Shown here: piece after piece, positions 28,301 through 41,400 of the stretch
Layout of the letters: each line of letters starts with the position of its first letter
How positions within the stretch are numbered: position 1 is the first letter of the stretch
NCBI GenBank assembly: GCA_043228905.1
Contig: JBHGNT010000009.1
Span: 8,060,001 to 8,124,000 of the forward strand
DNA from: Azolla caroliniana
Taxonomy: Eukaryota; Plantae; Polypodiophyta
Length of the DNA: 64,000 nucleotides
Direction: 5' to 3'
The notes under the pieces: model-generated
The model's input: only the letters and a program-made list of their open reading frames with translations
Database searches by the model: none
What the model was told of the DNA's origin: nothing
Made by a program: the position numbers and the translations under genes

Positions 28301-28657
28301 CCTCAACAATGGGGTTTTTCCCAATATGTTTAAAATGGATCAAATGACGAGATGGAGATATTGTTCCAATTTTTACATTATTGGGGTCTACAACACAATT
28401 GGAATATGCGTAATGCTTTCATGTTTGATAATAGACATGGGGTGAAAGCCTATATAAAGAAGCTTAAAGGTATTCTCATGTGGAATTTTTGGATGTTAGA
28501 GCATGTGGGGATCATTTCCTCAAATGCCTATTCAGGTTTTTTAGTAGGATTACAGAACGTCCCTCTCCCTACATAGGTATATGATAGGTTGAGGAGACTA
28601 AGAAGTGTTGTAACTAAGTGGAATTTTCATACAATTAATATAATTGTGTGCTTTTAC

Positions 28658-28660
<3 letters not shown>
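22349..28660 (+). mobile_element. L1-clade LINE (decayed), flanked by (GA)n on both sides
   Basis: ORF1 ~22564-23999 (DUF4283-like, CFKCGKLGHFMVEC knuckle). ORF2 from 23996 with APE motifs SWNVRG, GDFN and SDH, RT motifs LDLEKAYDHVNW, QGCPLSPLLF and ADD, and a C-terminal CFFC..H.F.KCP.A..IW near 28175-28255. Confidence 0.9.
26990..28155. mobile_element. Truncated LTR-like insert with 21-bp and 24-bp tandem repeats, inside the L1
   Basis: Starts TGTGGTGAAAAT..TGAGGCAGGACC, similar to the start at 49465. 21-bp repeats ~27430-27750 and 24-bp repeats ~27835-28035. No matching right end. The L1 resumes after a deletion. Confidence 0.6.
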
Positions 28661-28724
<64 letters not shown>

Positions 28725-29154
28725 AGAATTAGAATTTTTATCGTCCATAAAGAGGCCAATTTTGACCTATGGGACTAGAGTATACATGTGTTCTTGATAT
28801 ATGTCTCCTTCTTAAGAAGGGGTATTCATACGTTGAAGCACAAAGTCTCTATGTGTTAGTAAAGCATACACATATGAGCTCAACCTTCTAGGTGGTGTCT
28901 TAAGTATGGCACTTAAGTTATCACTCCCTCTTAGTATGTCAGCATATCTTGAACGGATTGCACTATATGTCGAGCATGTGAAGAGCAAGTGACATTCATC
29001 CTCTACCATGCCTTCATTGCATACTTTACATGTCTTTAAATTCGTTACATTTTGATACCATGATGCAACTGTTGGGAGACAGGTCCCTCCGGATGGGAAG
29101 GGAGAAGAACAGTGCCGATGAACAAACTCGGTCGAGGTCGATAGGCCTCGGCCG

Positions 29155-29385
29155 AAACCGGAAGAGGAGTACCTGGCTACGGAGAGCCGGATGACGCAGA
29201 CCCGGTATGAACCGGATGAGGAGTACCCGGCTACGGAGAGCCGGATGGTGCAGACCCGGTGTGAACCGGATGAGGAGTACTCGGCTACGGAGAGCCGGAT
29301 GGTGCAGACCTGGTATGAACCGGATGAGGAGTACTCGGCTACGGAGAGCCGGATGGCACAGACCCGGTATGAACCGGATGAAGAG
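29155..29385 (+). repeat. 60-bp tandem repeats (~4 units) in the LTR, also present at ~34012-34240
   Basis: Unit CCGGATGAGGAGTACCCGGCTACGGAGAGCCGGATGGTGCAGACCCGGTATGAA-like, period 60. Confidence 0.9.
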
Positions 29386-29867
29386 ACATATTCGTAAATA
29401 TGTTTCTGAGAGTCCATCGAGGCTATATTTGTAAATAGCCGAAAAGTCATATTAGTATAAATATGACTTAGGGCAAACTTTTAGTTGTTGTTGTCATTTT
29501 TCCTTGTTGGTGCAAGAAGAAGAGAGAGCACGTAACAGTGTACAGAGAGAGAGAGAGAAAGAGGTCGCTGCCTCTGTTGTAACCGCCGCCTGTGGCGAAG
29601 ATCGTGAGTACGAGGTCGTTGCCTCCGTGAACTCATTGTTTTGTACATTCCAACATAGTGATAGTTTGCAGCCTGTGGGCTGCTGTGGTTTTTTCCCTCT
29701 TTGGGTTTTTTCCACGTAAACATCCTGTCTACCTTTTCTCTCCTTTGTGTCGTGCATTTTATTTCCCGTTTTCTGTGTATGATCCTAAGCTTGGTTGTGG
29801 CCGAATGTTGTGCATAAGGAACGTTGAGTTCTCGTCAAGTGGTATCAGAGCAAAACGACATAGAAAT

Positions 29868-32800
29868 ATGGACGAATCGTTTGGCGGCATGTTCAAGCTC
29901 ACCGGCTCTAACTATTCGGTATGGAAGTCGAAGATGAGGGACATGCTCATTGTTAAAGACCTCTAGCTGCCGGTTCAGTTCGGGGACAAGAGACCGAACA
30001 AAATCAACGCCGCGATATGGGAGGTGATGCACATGAAGACAACGACGTACATACAATGCTTTATCGACATGAGCATGTACAACAACTTCAATGAAGAGAG
30101 CAAGGCTCATGAGCTCTGGGAGAAGATCGGCATAATGTTTCAAAACAAAAATGTTGTTAATCAGGTTTCGGTATTCCGGAAGCTAGTAAGACTCCGGTAC
30201 CAAGATGGCTCCAGCATGGCGAAGCATATGAATGCCTTCCAGGGGCTGATACACCAGGCAACGTCATTGGAAGTACCTCTTGCCGATGAGGTACTAGCGC
30301 TACTCCTGCTCGGTTCCCTCCCGGATAGCTGGGAGACGTTGGTTGTCACTTTGGGCAACGCCGGACCAAAAGGAAAACGGTTATCCCTAGCAAGAGTAAA
30401 GTCGAGCTTGCTAGATGAGGAGGTGCGTCGGAAAGATAAGGATACGAGCTCCGACTCCAAAGCGCTCCTTACCGAATCGGAACGCGGAAGACATAGAAAC
30501 CGTAGTCCCCAGAACCGAGAGAAGTCGGGGACACGGTCAAAGTCAAGGGGGAGGCCCACTTGCTTCTATTGCGGCAAGCCGGGTCACTTCCAAAAGAACT
30601 GTCGGCATTTCCGTAAAGACAAGGAAACCGACGGTACCGATTCGAAGCGGACCCCGGACCGGAACGGTAAAGACCGGAAGGGGACGGACCGGAAGGGAAC
30701 GACGGCAATCGCGGCAAGTGAAGAAGAGTTGATGCTCATCACCGAGGAGAGTGAGATAAACCTTGCCGGCGACGAGATGACTTGGGTGGTAGACTTCGGA
30801 GCATCGTTCCACCTTACCCCGGAGCGGAAATGCTTCTCATCCTACTCAGCTGGTGACCACGGCTGTGTCTGGATGGGGAATGAAGGGACATGCCGAATTG
30901 TCGACATAGGAGACGTGTGGCTGTCAACACCAACCGGATGCAAGTTGCTGCTGAAAAATGTCTGACACGTTCCGGAGGTTCGTCTGAACCTGATATCAGC
31001 CGGTCGGCTAGATGATGAAGGCTACACGGGTAGCATCCGGAACGGTGTCATGAAGTTCAACAAAGGGAGCCTGATTGTGGCTCGGGCCCGGAAGGTCAAC
31101 ACACTGTACCTGATGAATGCCCGATTATGTCCGGAAGAAGTGAACGTGGCATCCGACACTGCCGGTGAGCTGTGGCACAAGAGACTGTGTCATATGAGCG
31201 AGAAGGGGATGAAGAGGCTTGCAGACGACAACCTCATTCCAGTGAAGAACGTGCACTTAGAGAAGTGCACTGATTGTCTGGCCGGTAAGCAGAACCGGAC
31301 CTCCTTCCGACCAAGGCCACTGATGAGACGTAATGCACCACTGGAGCTGGTGCATATGGATGTGTGTCAAGTAGACACGAAGTCACATGCCGGAGCGCAG
31401 TACTTCGTGATGTTCATAGATGACCACAGCCGGAAGCTGTGGGCCACACCGTTGAAGACGAAGGATCAGGTGTTATCCGTCTTCAAAGAGCTCCACGCGA
31501 GAGTGGAAAGAGAAACTGGTCGGAAGCTGAAGGCGGTTCGAGCAGATAACGGAGGAGAATACCGGGGGCAGTTCGAGGAGTACTGCCACTCGAAGGGAAT
31601 CCGGCTTGAATTTACTGTGCCGAAGACGCCGGAACTGAACGGACTGGCCGAGAGGATGAACCAGACCATAATGGAGAGGGTCCGGAGTATGCTATCGCAT
31701 GCAAAACTACCCAAGAAGTTTTGGGCTGAGGCATTGTCGACGACGACATACGTGATAAACAGATCACCCTCAGTACCCTTGGATGGAGAAACGCCACAGA
31801 GAGTATGGACCGGTAAGGAAGTGTCCTACCGGCATCTGAAGGTGTTCGGGTGTCTCGCGTACGTGCATGTAGCAAAGGACCGGAGAGGAAAGTTAGATCC
31901 AAAGACCCGGCCATGCATATTCCTCGGTTACAGTGACGATGAGTTCGGCTACCGAGTGTGGGACCCGGTCGACAAGAAGGTATTCCGGAGTCGAGATATT
32001 ATCTTCATGGAGGACAAGATGCTCGCCGATTGGGAGTCGGAGAAGAAGATAATGAACTCCTAGTCGACCGGTAAGGATCGACTCTACGATGAGCAGACCC
32101 AACCGGCGAGAGACCAGTTAGCACTCGAAGAACCAGCCGGATACGATGAGGATACCGAACCGGCAGAAGAAGAAGTAGAGGAAGCTGAGACCGGAACCGG
32201 CCTAGACCTCGAATCGGATTCGGATGAAGAGCAAATGGAGGAGCCGGTTACCGAAGCCCGAAGACGGAGATATCCTCTCAGAGAGAGAAGGGCCCCCCAG
32301 AGATTTCCGGATGCAGAGCATGTTCTGCTGACCGATGAGGGGGAGCCGGAAAGCTTCGAAGAAGCGAAGGATGACACCCACAACAGAAAATGGTTAAGTG
32401 CCATGCAGGATGACATGGATTCCCTGCATGAGAACCATACGTACGAATTGGTGGAGTTGCCGAAAGGAAAGCGGGCACTCTGAAACAAGTGGGTGTACAA
32501 GTTGAAACCGGGAGATGCCGGCAACCCCCCGAGATACAAAGCCAGGATCGTGGTGAAGGGGTTCCAGCAGAAGAAGGGCGTGGACTTCGACGAGATATTT
32601 GCCCCGGTAGTAAAGATGACCTCCATCCGGACGGTGCTGAGTATGGCAGCAAGCATGGACCTCGAGGTAGAGCAGCTAGACGTGAAGACGACATTCCTTC
32701 ACGGTGACCTCGAAGAGGAGATCTACATGCAGCAACCGGAAGGATTCGTGGAGAAAGGGAAGGAGCACTTGGTTTGCCGGTTGAAGAAGAGCCTCTACGG

Positions 32801-33914
32801 GTTAAAGCAGGCCCCCCGACAATGGTACAGGAAGTTCGATTCCTTCATGGCTGATCAAGGGTACCACAAGACGCAGGCCGACCACTGCGTGTTTGTGAAG
32901 AAGTTCGAAGGAGGCGACTTCCTGATACTCCTTCTGTACGTGGACGACATGTTGATCGTCGGACGGGACCAAGTCAAAATACGGATGCTGAAGAAGGCTC
33001 TCAACCGGACCTTCTCAATGAAAGACTTGGATCCGGCAAGGCAAATGTTGGGGATGCACATCATCCGGAACCGATCAGCGAAGCAATTATGACTGTCACA
33101 GGAGAAGTACGTGACAAAGGTGCTTCACCGGTTCAACATATCAGATGCGAAACCGGTCGGATCGACACTTCCGGCAAACTGCAAGCTATCCGGTAAGTAA
33201 AGCCCGAAGACGAAAGCAGAGAAGGCGGATATGATGAAGATTCCATATGCCTCTGCCGTCGGGAGCTTGATGTACGCAATGGTGTGTACCCGACCGGATA
33301 TAGGATACGCAGTCGGAGTGGTGAGCCGGTTCATGAGCAATCTCGGCAAGGAGCACTGGAACGCGGTCAAATGGATACTCCAGTATTTGAAGGGCACTTC
33401 GAATACGTGTCTCCGATTCGGCTCCGAAAAACCTCAACTGGACGGTTTCACCGATTCGGACATGTCGGCTGATGTGGATACCAGCCGGTCTACATCCGGC
33501 TATGTAATGACATATGTAGGGGGAGCTGTTTCGTGGCAGTCGAGGCTGCAGAAGATGGTTGCATTGTCAACCACAGAGGCGGAGTACATGGCGGCTATGG
33601 AAGCCGGCAAGGAAATATTATGGATGAAGGACTTCATCGGAGAGCTCGGTATCCGGCAAGAGGAATATCGGCTCTATTGCGACAGTCAAAGTGCCATCCA
33701 CCTTGCTAAGAATGCGGCCTACCATTCCCGGACGAAGCATATCTAGCGAAGATATCACTGGATCCGGGAAAGCGTAGATGACTAGGAGTTCGCGCTGACG
33801 AAGATCCACACGGCCGAGAACGGGTCAGATATGCTGACCAAAGTTCTGATACCTGACAAGCTGGATGCATGCCGGAAGCGGATCGGACTGGTAAGACACC
33901 CCATGCCAGAGTGA
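29868..33914 (+). pseudogene. Copia gag-pol polyprotein broken by several premature stops
   Basis: One reading frame carrying gag CFYCGKPGHFQKNC, protease VDFGAS, INT RADNGGEY, RT LLYVDDML and RH ALSTTEAEY. Confidence 0.9.
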
Positions 33915-36900
33915 AGGGGGAGTTTGTTGGGAGACAGGTCCCTCCGGATGGGAAGGGAGAAGAACAGTGCCGATGAACAAACTCGGCCGAGGTCGATAGG
34001 CCTCGGCCGAAACCGGAAGAGGAGTACCCGGCTACGGAGAGCCGGATGGCGCAGACCCGATATGAACCGGATGAGGAGTACCCGGCTACGGAGAGCCGGA
34101 TTGTGCAGACCCGGTGTGAACCGGATGAGGAGTACCCGGCTACGGAGAGCCGGATGGTGCAGACCTGGTATGAACCGGATGAGGAGTACCCGACTACGGA
34201 GAGCCGGATGGCGCAGACCCGGTATGAACCGGATGAAGAGACATATTCGTAAATATGTTTCTGAGGCTATATTTGTAAATAGCCGAAAAGTCATATTAGT
34301 ATAAATATGACTTAGGGCAAACTTTTAGTTGTTGTTGTCATTTTTCCTTGTTGGTGCAAGAAGAAGAGAGAGCACGTAACAGTGTACAGAGAGAGAGAGA
34401 GAGAAAGAGGTCGCTGCCTCTGTTGTAACCGCCGCCTGTGGCGAAGATCGTGAGTACGAGGTCGTTGCCTCCGTGAACTCATTGTTTTGTACATTCCAAC
34501 ATAGTGATAGTTTGCAGCCTGTGGGCTGCCGTGGTTTTTTCCCTCTTTGGGTTTTTTCCACGTAAACATCCTGTCTACCTTTTCTCTCCTTTGTGTCGTG
34601 CATTTTATTTCCCGTTTTCTGTGTATGATCCTAAGCTCGGTTGTGGCCGAATGTTGCGCATAAGGAACGTTGAGTTCTCGTCAGCAACTTCAATACCTAA
34701 CTTGTGAGATCGAGTGTGAAGTAGCGTAAGGGCTCTACGAGCATTACTACTCATATTGGTAATGAGATAAGGCTGGATACTATCTATAAACATTCTTGCT
34801 TTATATTGAGACCAACATTCAGGGTTGACATTTGCAATGTAGTATTCTAGCTTTGTCCTCTTAGCATCCTCCCACTTCATCCTTAATGATTCCACCAACC
34901 TTTCCTCAATCATTACATACTGCATAACATTGCCCGAAAGCTCTAAAAGATCATCCACACCCCATTTTCTAAACCATTTCCTTATGTCAACAACCCAACC
35001 AGATGAGAGAATCTTACTTTTATGATTCTTTTGTAGCTTACATCCAACATTCCAAGCAAGATGTGGTAATCGATGATTCGACATATTCTTGACTTTTCTA
35101 ATGTATTTATATACTCTTTCGAGTGCCAATAGTTCTATGGGTCAAACACCCATTTCCAAGAGCATAACCTGGTAAGAGGTAGTGCATTTAACTCCTAATT
35201 GCCTCCTTAAAAACATCTTTTGAATTTTCTCAATCTTGTTCCATGTATTAAGAGAGATGGTGCCACCCCATACTTCTACTCCATAAAGTAATACTTGAGT
35301 TACCATGGCATTGAACAACATTAGTTTTACTTCCCATCCACAAGTATCCCTTTGGTTGCATTGGTTCTCCAAAAGATAATATGATTTCCAACCGGCTTGG
35401 AGTCTAGAATCAAAGCATGCACTCCATTTATTTGTGGCGGGTACATCAATACCAAGATATTTAAAGCTTTGAACAAATTGTATATGTTCACCTTTATATG
35501 TGAGCATAGGGTAATGATGAGGTTGGATGGTTTGCACTACCATCATTTTTGTTTTCTCCACATTCACTGCTAGTCCACTATGGCAAAATTCTTCTAATAT
35601 CCCAAGTAAATGTTGCATACTATCAACATCATATGAGAAGAGTACCACATCATCTGCATATAGAAGCAATAAGATAACATGTTGCATCAAATTGGGGCCA
35701 TTCAATCCTTCTTCTCTTGCAACCTTATTCACCACTTCTTCTAATTTATCAATACATAAGCTAAAGAGTGTGGTTGATAGTGGACATCCTTGCTTGACCC
35801 CCATGTTACTTAAGAATTGCTTTGAGAATCCTCTATCCATTTTTAGTTGGCATTTAACTTGTTCATATAGGCGTGCAATTGCAACTCGGTATGTTAATGG
35901 CATGTCAATGTCTACCATTCTATTCCAAAGCTCACTTCGTGGTATGATATCAAAAGCTTTCTTGAAATCAACAAAACAACAATAAAGTGTTTTTCCTTGT
36001 AGTCGACTCTCTTCCATGATTACTCTTAATGTGACCAAATGATTTACGGTGGAGTGTTTTGGTCTAAATCTGGCTTGCCCAAGTGCTCTTTTGCTTGTAC
36101 TCTCAGTCCATGTGCTTATCTTTTGCTCCATAATAGTGCTATATAATTTAGCAATAGTTGAGGTCACCATTATTGTACGATAATTTGATACTTGATTCCT
36201 ATCTCCGGCTTTAAATATTGGTTTAATCCAATTCATAAGCCAATTATTTGGAAATCCTTGTTTTATAGCTTGCTCTAAAATTGTCATTATCCAATGACGA
36301 GTGTGTGGCATTGTCCATTTTAAAAGCTCACTTGAGATGTAGGTTGAATCTACTGCTTTCCCACTTGCCATCTTCTTTATTCCCTTATTGACATCATCAA
36401 TATCGATACATGTAGGGCATGGAGTTTCAAATTTCTCAACCATAGGAGCCACACCTTCATGCATATATAACCTTTGTACATAGTCTAGCATCTCTTCATT
36501 TGTAAAGTGACTTTTCACATCTTCTTTCATACCCTTGAGTTGTCCCCATGCTAATTTTAGTTTGAGCTTAAACAAGTTTTTCTTTTTCATCCCTTGCATT
36601 TGGAAATATCTTCTTTTCTTTCTCATCACTACTTTCTTGTATATGTGCCATGCAACAATCTTTTCATATCCCCCTTCTATGGACTTAAACCATTTGAGAT
36701 ATATCTTACATTCATCGTTGAACCAAGAATTACATGGAAAACTACACACCTTATGCCCACCCACATGTCTCTTAAAGCATTGATATCCAACCTTAAGGAT
36801 TATATCCTTCAAATGTTGCCAATTTTCTTTAACATCGTTGCTTAGAGAAAAACTTAACAAATAGTTCTCCACTTCCTTTGCATACATCTTAGCTTTTTCG

Positions 36901-38378
36901 TAGCAAGGTCAGATGATACATCTCTTTTCGTCTTTCACTCCACGGCATCTAGTGGAATGTGGAATTGCAATCTCTAAGTACAATGGCTTGTGGTTTGAAT
37001 CCGGAGATAGAGAACCAACTTTAAACACATTCATCAATGATAGATCACATGCCAACATTAATGCATAATCAACCACACTTCCTCTAGGATGGTAAACATG
37101 TGAGCACATTTGTCAATGGGAATGCCTTTATACCATTTAGGATAATCAAGTTTGTGCAATTTAGCATATGTATCAAAAGTTTTCCATAATCTGACATGAC
37201 ACAATCCTTTGAGTCACGCACTAGACAATGTTCTACTACATTTTCTTTAAATGTCTCCACATTTTGGAAATTTCCAACTCTTGCATTGAAGTCTCCCATA
37301 ATTAAAACTTTACCAAGATTCTAAAATGAAAGTATATCATGGCATAATTCTGTAAAAGGATCATCACAATCTAAACCAAACCTACTATAGTAGTTTGAGT
37401 CTTTGTGAGGAATGTAACATGCAACTATATACAACTTCTCTTTCCCCAAATTAACCTCTATCCATATGTATCTCTTATAGTCATCATATTTGCATACTTT
37501 GATAGAATTATCTAAGCTCTCATGGTAGATACATGCTATCCTGGCACACCCAATATTCCCTTTGGAGTGCGACCATATCGATTTTATGAGGTAACTGTCT
37601 ATTTTAGGTATACGTTTTGCTTCATGCTCCCATGTTTCAGCCAAAAATATAATATCCATACCTTGAGCTACATCATTGAGTCCTAAACCCTTATTCCATG
37701 GATATCCTCTACAATTCCAAAACATTACTTTCAATCGTGAAGCACTTATGATCCCATAGGTCATTGCTTGCTATGCATTTTGATTTGCTTTCCGAGATGC
37801 ATATGCTTGCCTTCTACATTCTTGCTCTTGTGGAGTTCTATCCTTTGTTACAAAAAAACTTGTCCCTTTTAAGTACACCTTACTACTATCTAGAATCATT
37901 GCCCTTCTACGTTCATTGAGGATTGTACAAACAATAGCTCGAGATGTCTTTCCCTCTAGTTGCTTTTTGCCAACCCTATGTGTGGAATATACAATAACAT
38001 CTCGCATAGCAAAGTGATCTTCAAAGAATTTCGTAATATTTTGTCCAAGAGATAATGCATTCTCTATTTCATTCTCTATTTCATTCTCTTGCATACCTCT
38101 AATGACAATATTATTCTTTCTTCTTTCGATTTCATATTGCTCCTTTGCATCTAGCACATCCATTGTATTAGAATGTCTTTGCGTGATTTTTGGTGTTTCT
38201 TTCAAGAGAACACCTTTCCACCTAGTCATGATCACATCTTCCTTCCCTTCAATTGTAGATTTTATTTCGGCATTTGCCTTCACTAAAATCTCTTTTTCTG
38301 CTTCAAGACTCAACATTTTTCTTTCTATTTCAGGCATCCTATTATCTTGCATTTGAATAGTCATGTTCTTCATTGCAT

Positions 38379-38413
<35 letters not shown>

Positions 38414-38417
<4 letters not shown>

Positions 38418-41400
38418 TATATTAACGTCTTCTAAGGCCAAATTTGGCCCATGAGACAATTGGTTTACAACGAAATGAGTATTTATCCAGTCATCATAAC
38501 TAGGTAGTTAATGTCTCATAGTTAGTGTCAGACGCTTGTGTGAGCATTAAAGTACACCGTACTTCTGTTAGTCCGTATGGACTTGTATAAAAGTGTTCAC
38601 TGAACACATACGATGTACAGAGCATTACAGAGAGCTGTTATTTTTGAATAGAGTCTTGTGTCTTCTCTCTCTCTCTCCCGCATACTGTGCATATTGAAGC
38701 TCTCCATTTGACCTGCGTATTTTTCTGTCTTCGGTTTTCTACTTGCTTCCGCATGCTATTCTTTACATGGTATTAGAGCGCGAGGGTTGAGACCCTCTGC
38801 AGCCGACATATCTTGAAAGGAAAACCAACCAAGAAGAATAGGTCAAACCGATGGATAGAGGCATGGCTAGCTCTCTTTTGATGGAGAAGCTCGACAGAAA
38901 CAACTACGCGTCTTGTTCCTACAAGATGCACCAGTACCTGCTTGGGCACAGTTACTGGACCTATGTGGACAGAGCAAATGAGACAACACCCGAATCGACA
39001 CACAGAGATTTCCCGGTGTGGGAACAGTCGACGAGCAGAGTACTGTACTGCTTCCCGTCTTGTGTGGGCGAACAACTCCTAAGCTACATTCGGGATGCAA
39101 AAACGCTGAAAGATGCTTGGGGAAATTTGAAGAAGATTTTCGCCGCAAGCACTATAGCCAGGAAGCTTCAACTCCGACAGGAGCTGAGCAACCTATGACA
39201 ACGCGACTTGTTGGTGGCAGACTACACCTCCAAAATCAAGGACATTTGTGACTCTCTAGCCTCCATCGATGTGAATATCAAAGAAGCCGATATGGTGCAA
39301 ATCTGTCTCAGAGGCTTGGCGTCAAAGTTCGGAGTGTTCTGAACTGCTGTGTGTACAAGGGAGAATACGCCGTCATTTTTCGACTTACAGTCGATGCTCC
39401 TTGTGGAGGAGAACCACGCCGGTGTGTCAACAAGTGCACCCACCGACAACTAGATGCTGTACAAAGAGGCGGATTGGCCCCGTGGGCGTGGTGGATGAGG
39501 CGGGTCGGCTCGCAATGGTAGCGGCCGGCAAGACCAGGACCGAAGGCACAGAGAACATGCCAACAACAGTTCCGGACCCTCCACAAGCAGGGGGATTCAA
39601 GGAGGTGCCGGAGGCTGGCAAGCAAAGGCCGACACGGAATGCTGGTACTGTGGTAAAAAGGGCCACAGAGAAAGCGAGTGCTGGAAGAAGCGCACCGATT
39701 CGGACAGATCTGGATCCGGTAAGGCCGATAGAGAGAACCGGCAATACTCGCACTACGTAGAGGGATCGGGAGGATCCAAAACCGGAAAAGCCGGTAAAGG
39801 GCCAGCCTTGGTGATGAAACACGAGGCTAACTCGATGAAGAAGACCACTTCCAAATCGGAGGAAGTGTGGTACGTTGATTCCAGTGCGTCGAATCACATG
39901 ACGAGCCACAAAGAGTGGTTCTCCTGCTTGGAGAAACCAGAACAACTAGGAGTCGTTGAAACTGGAGACGACACCCCTCACCCAATCGTGCATGTCGGAG
40001 AAGTCCCTTTGAGCCACGCCGGACAGAGGGGGAAGCTGATGAACGTATTACACGTTCCGAATATCATGATGAACTGGTGTCAGTCGGCCATATAATTGAC
40101 CACGGGATGCAGGTGCGGTTTACGCACCTTGGGTGCTTCATAGAGGAAGAGGGCCAGATTATTGCGGAAGGGCGTAGAGATGGGAGGATGTTCATCCTCG
40201 ACACCAATGACGTCAGCACCACAATGTTTGCGAAAGGGCAGAAGGTCGAATCGGACATCGACCTGTGGCACAAGCGGATCGGCCACGTCAATTATCGGAG
40301 GCTTCAAAACCTGCAAACGAAACAAGTTGTTTTCGGTTTGTCGAAGTTTAGCGGCCGGAAGGCCGAAATTTGTGAAGCCTGCCGACTCGGGAAGCAACAC
40401 CGGCTTCCATTCCCCACCGAACGAAATTGTAGCCATAAAAAGTTTGACCTTATTCATTCGGATGTATGGGAACCGACACAAAACGTTAGTCTTGGTGGGA
40501 GTCGGTATTTCGTCTCCTTTATCGACGACTACAACCGACACACGTGGATCTACCTCATTAAGCGGAAGAGCGAAGTCTTTGAGTATTTCCGGAACCTGCA
40601 AAACCTGGTTGAACGGGAAATGGAGAGGAAGATCAAGTGCCTGCGGTCGGATGGCGGAAAAGAATATTTTTCCGGCCAATTCAACGGTTATCTGCAGCAA
40701 ACAGGTATTCAGAGAGAGTTCAGCTGCAGATACACACTGGAGCAAAACAGTGTGGCTGAAAGGAAGAACTGGTCGATTGTTGACGCGGCAAGGGAAATGC
40801 TGGAGGAGAAGAGCATGCCCCATTTCCACTGCGCCGAGGTGGTCCAAACGACCTTCTATATCCAAAACCGGATCGGTGACAAGGTGTCCGCCCATGAGCT
40901 GTATTTCGGACGCAAGCTGAATTTGAGACACCTTCAGATATTCGGTAGCATTGCATATGTGCATGTGCCGGATGAGAAGCGGAGGAAGTTGGATGCAAAG
41001 TCAGAGAAATGCATCTTTGTCGGTTACTCGCATGAGCAAAAGGGGTATAAGTGTTATAACCCCCGGACGAAGTAGGTCCGAGTTAGACGGGATGTTGAAT
41101 TTGATGAGATGGCATCATGGTATGCCTTACCGGCTCCGACTTCCGACCACGACCCAATATCGGAGGATGAGGCTAGTGAGCCTGAACTGGTCCAGATAGA
41201 AGATTGAAGACCTCGGCACTCTAGAAGAGAGTCCGACCTCATTTCGGTTAAGTGTACCGAATGAGCGGCTGAGTCGGGATGACCAGTTAGATGAGGAATC
41301 AACGAGTAATGGAGACTCTGTCGTGCTCTCCCTGCGCAAGGAACCGAGGAGACGGTTCACGCGCAAAGAGAAGGGGAAGAAGAAGATGCCGGAATATGAA

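Larger units (their letters stand above)
29070..34683 (+). mobile_element. Full-length Ty1/copia retrotransposon (Tnt1/Tork-like)
   Basis: LTRs 29070-29837 and 33925-34683 (TG..CA). PBS TGGTATCAGAGC at 29840-29851, PPT GAAGGGGGAG and TSD GCAAC. Confidence 0.96.
28721..38379 (-). mobile_element. RTEX/CR1-like LINE A, interrupted by the copia at 29070-34683
   Basis: ORF1 38373-37771 (NIVIRGM..HRVGK..FVTKDRT). APE 37764-36909 and RT 36887-35142 (FVDFKKAFD, GVKQGCPLS, LLYADD). C-terminal RSHKLGIE..CKVC..EDECHLL..C. (AATTCT)n tail, with (GA)n on both flanks. Confidence 0.88.

Noticed and set aside
29155-29385. Regular 60-bp repeats as a CRISPR array
   Set aside because: Units are contiguous with no unique spacers, lie inside both LTRs, and the DNA is eukaryotic with no cas genes.
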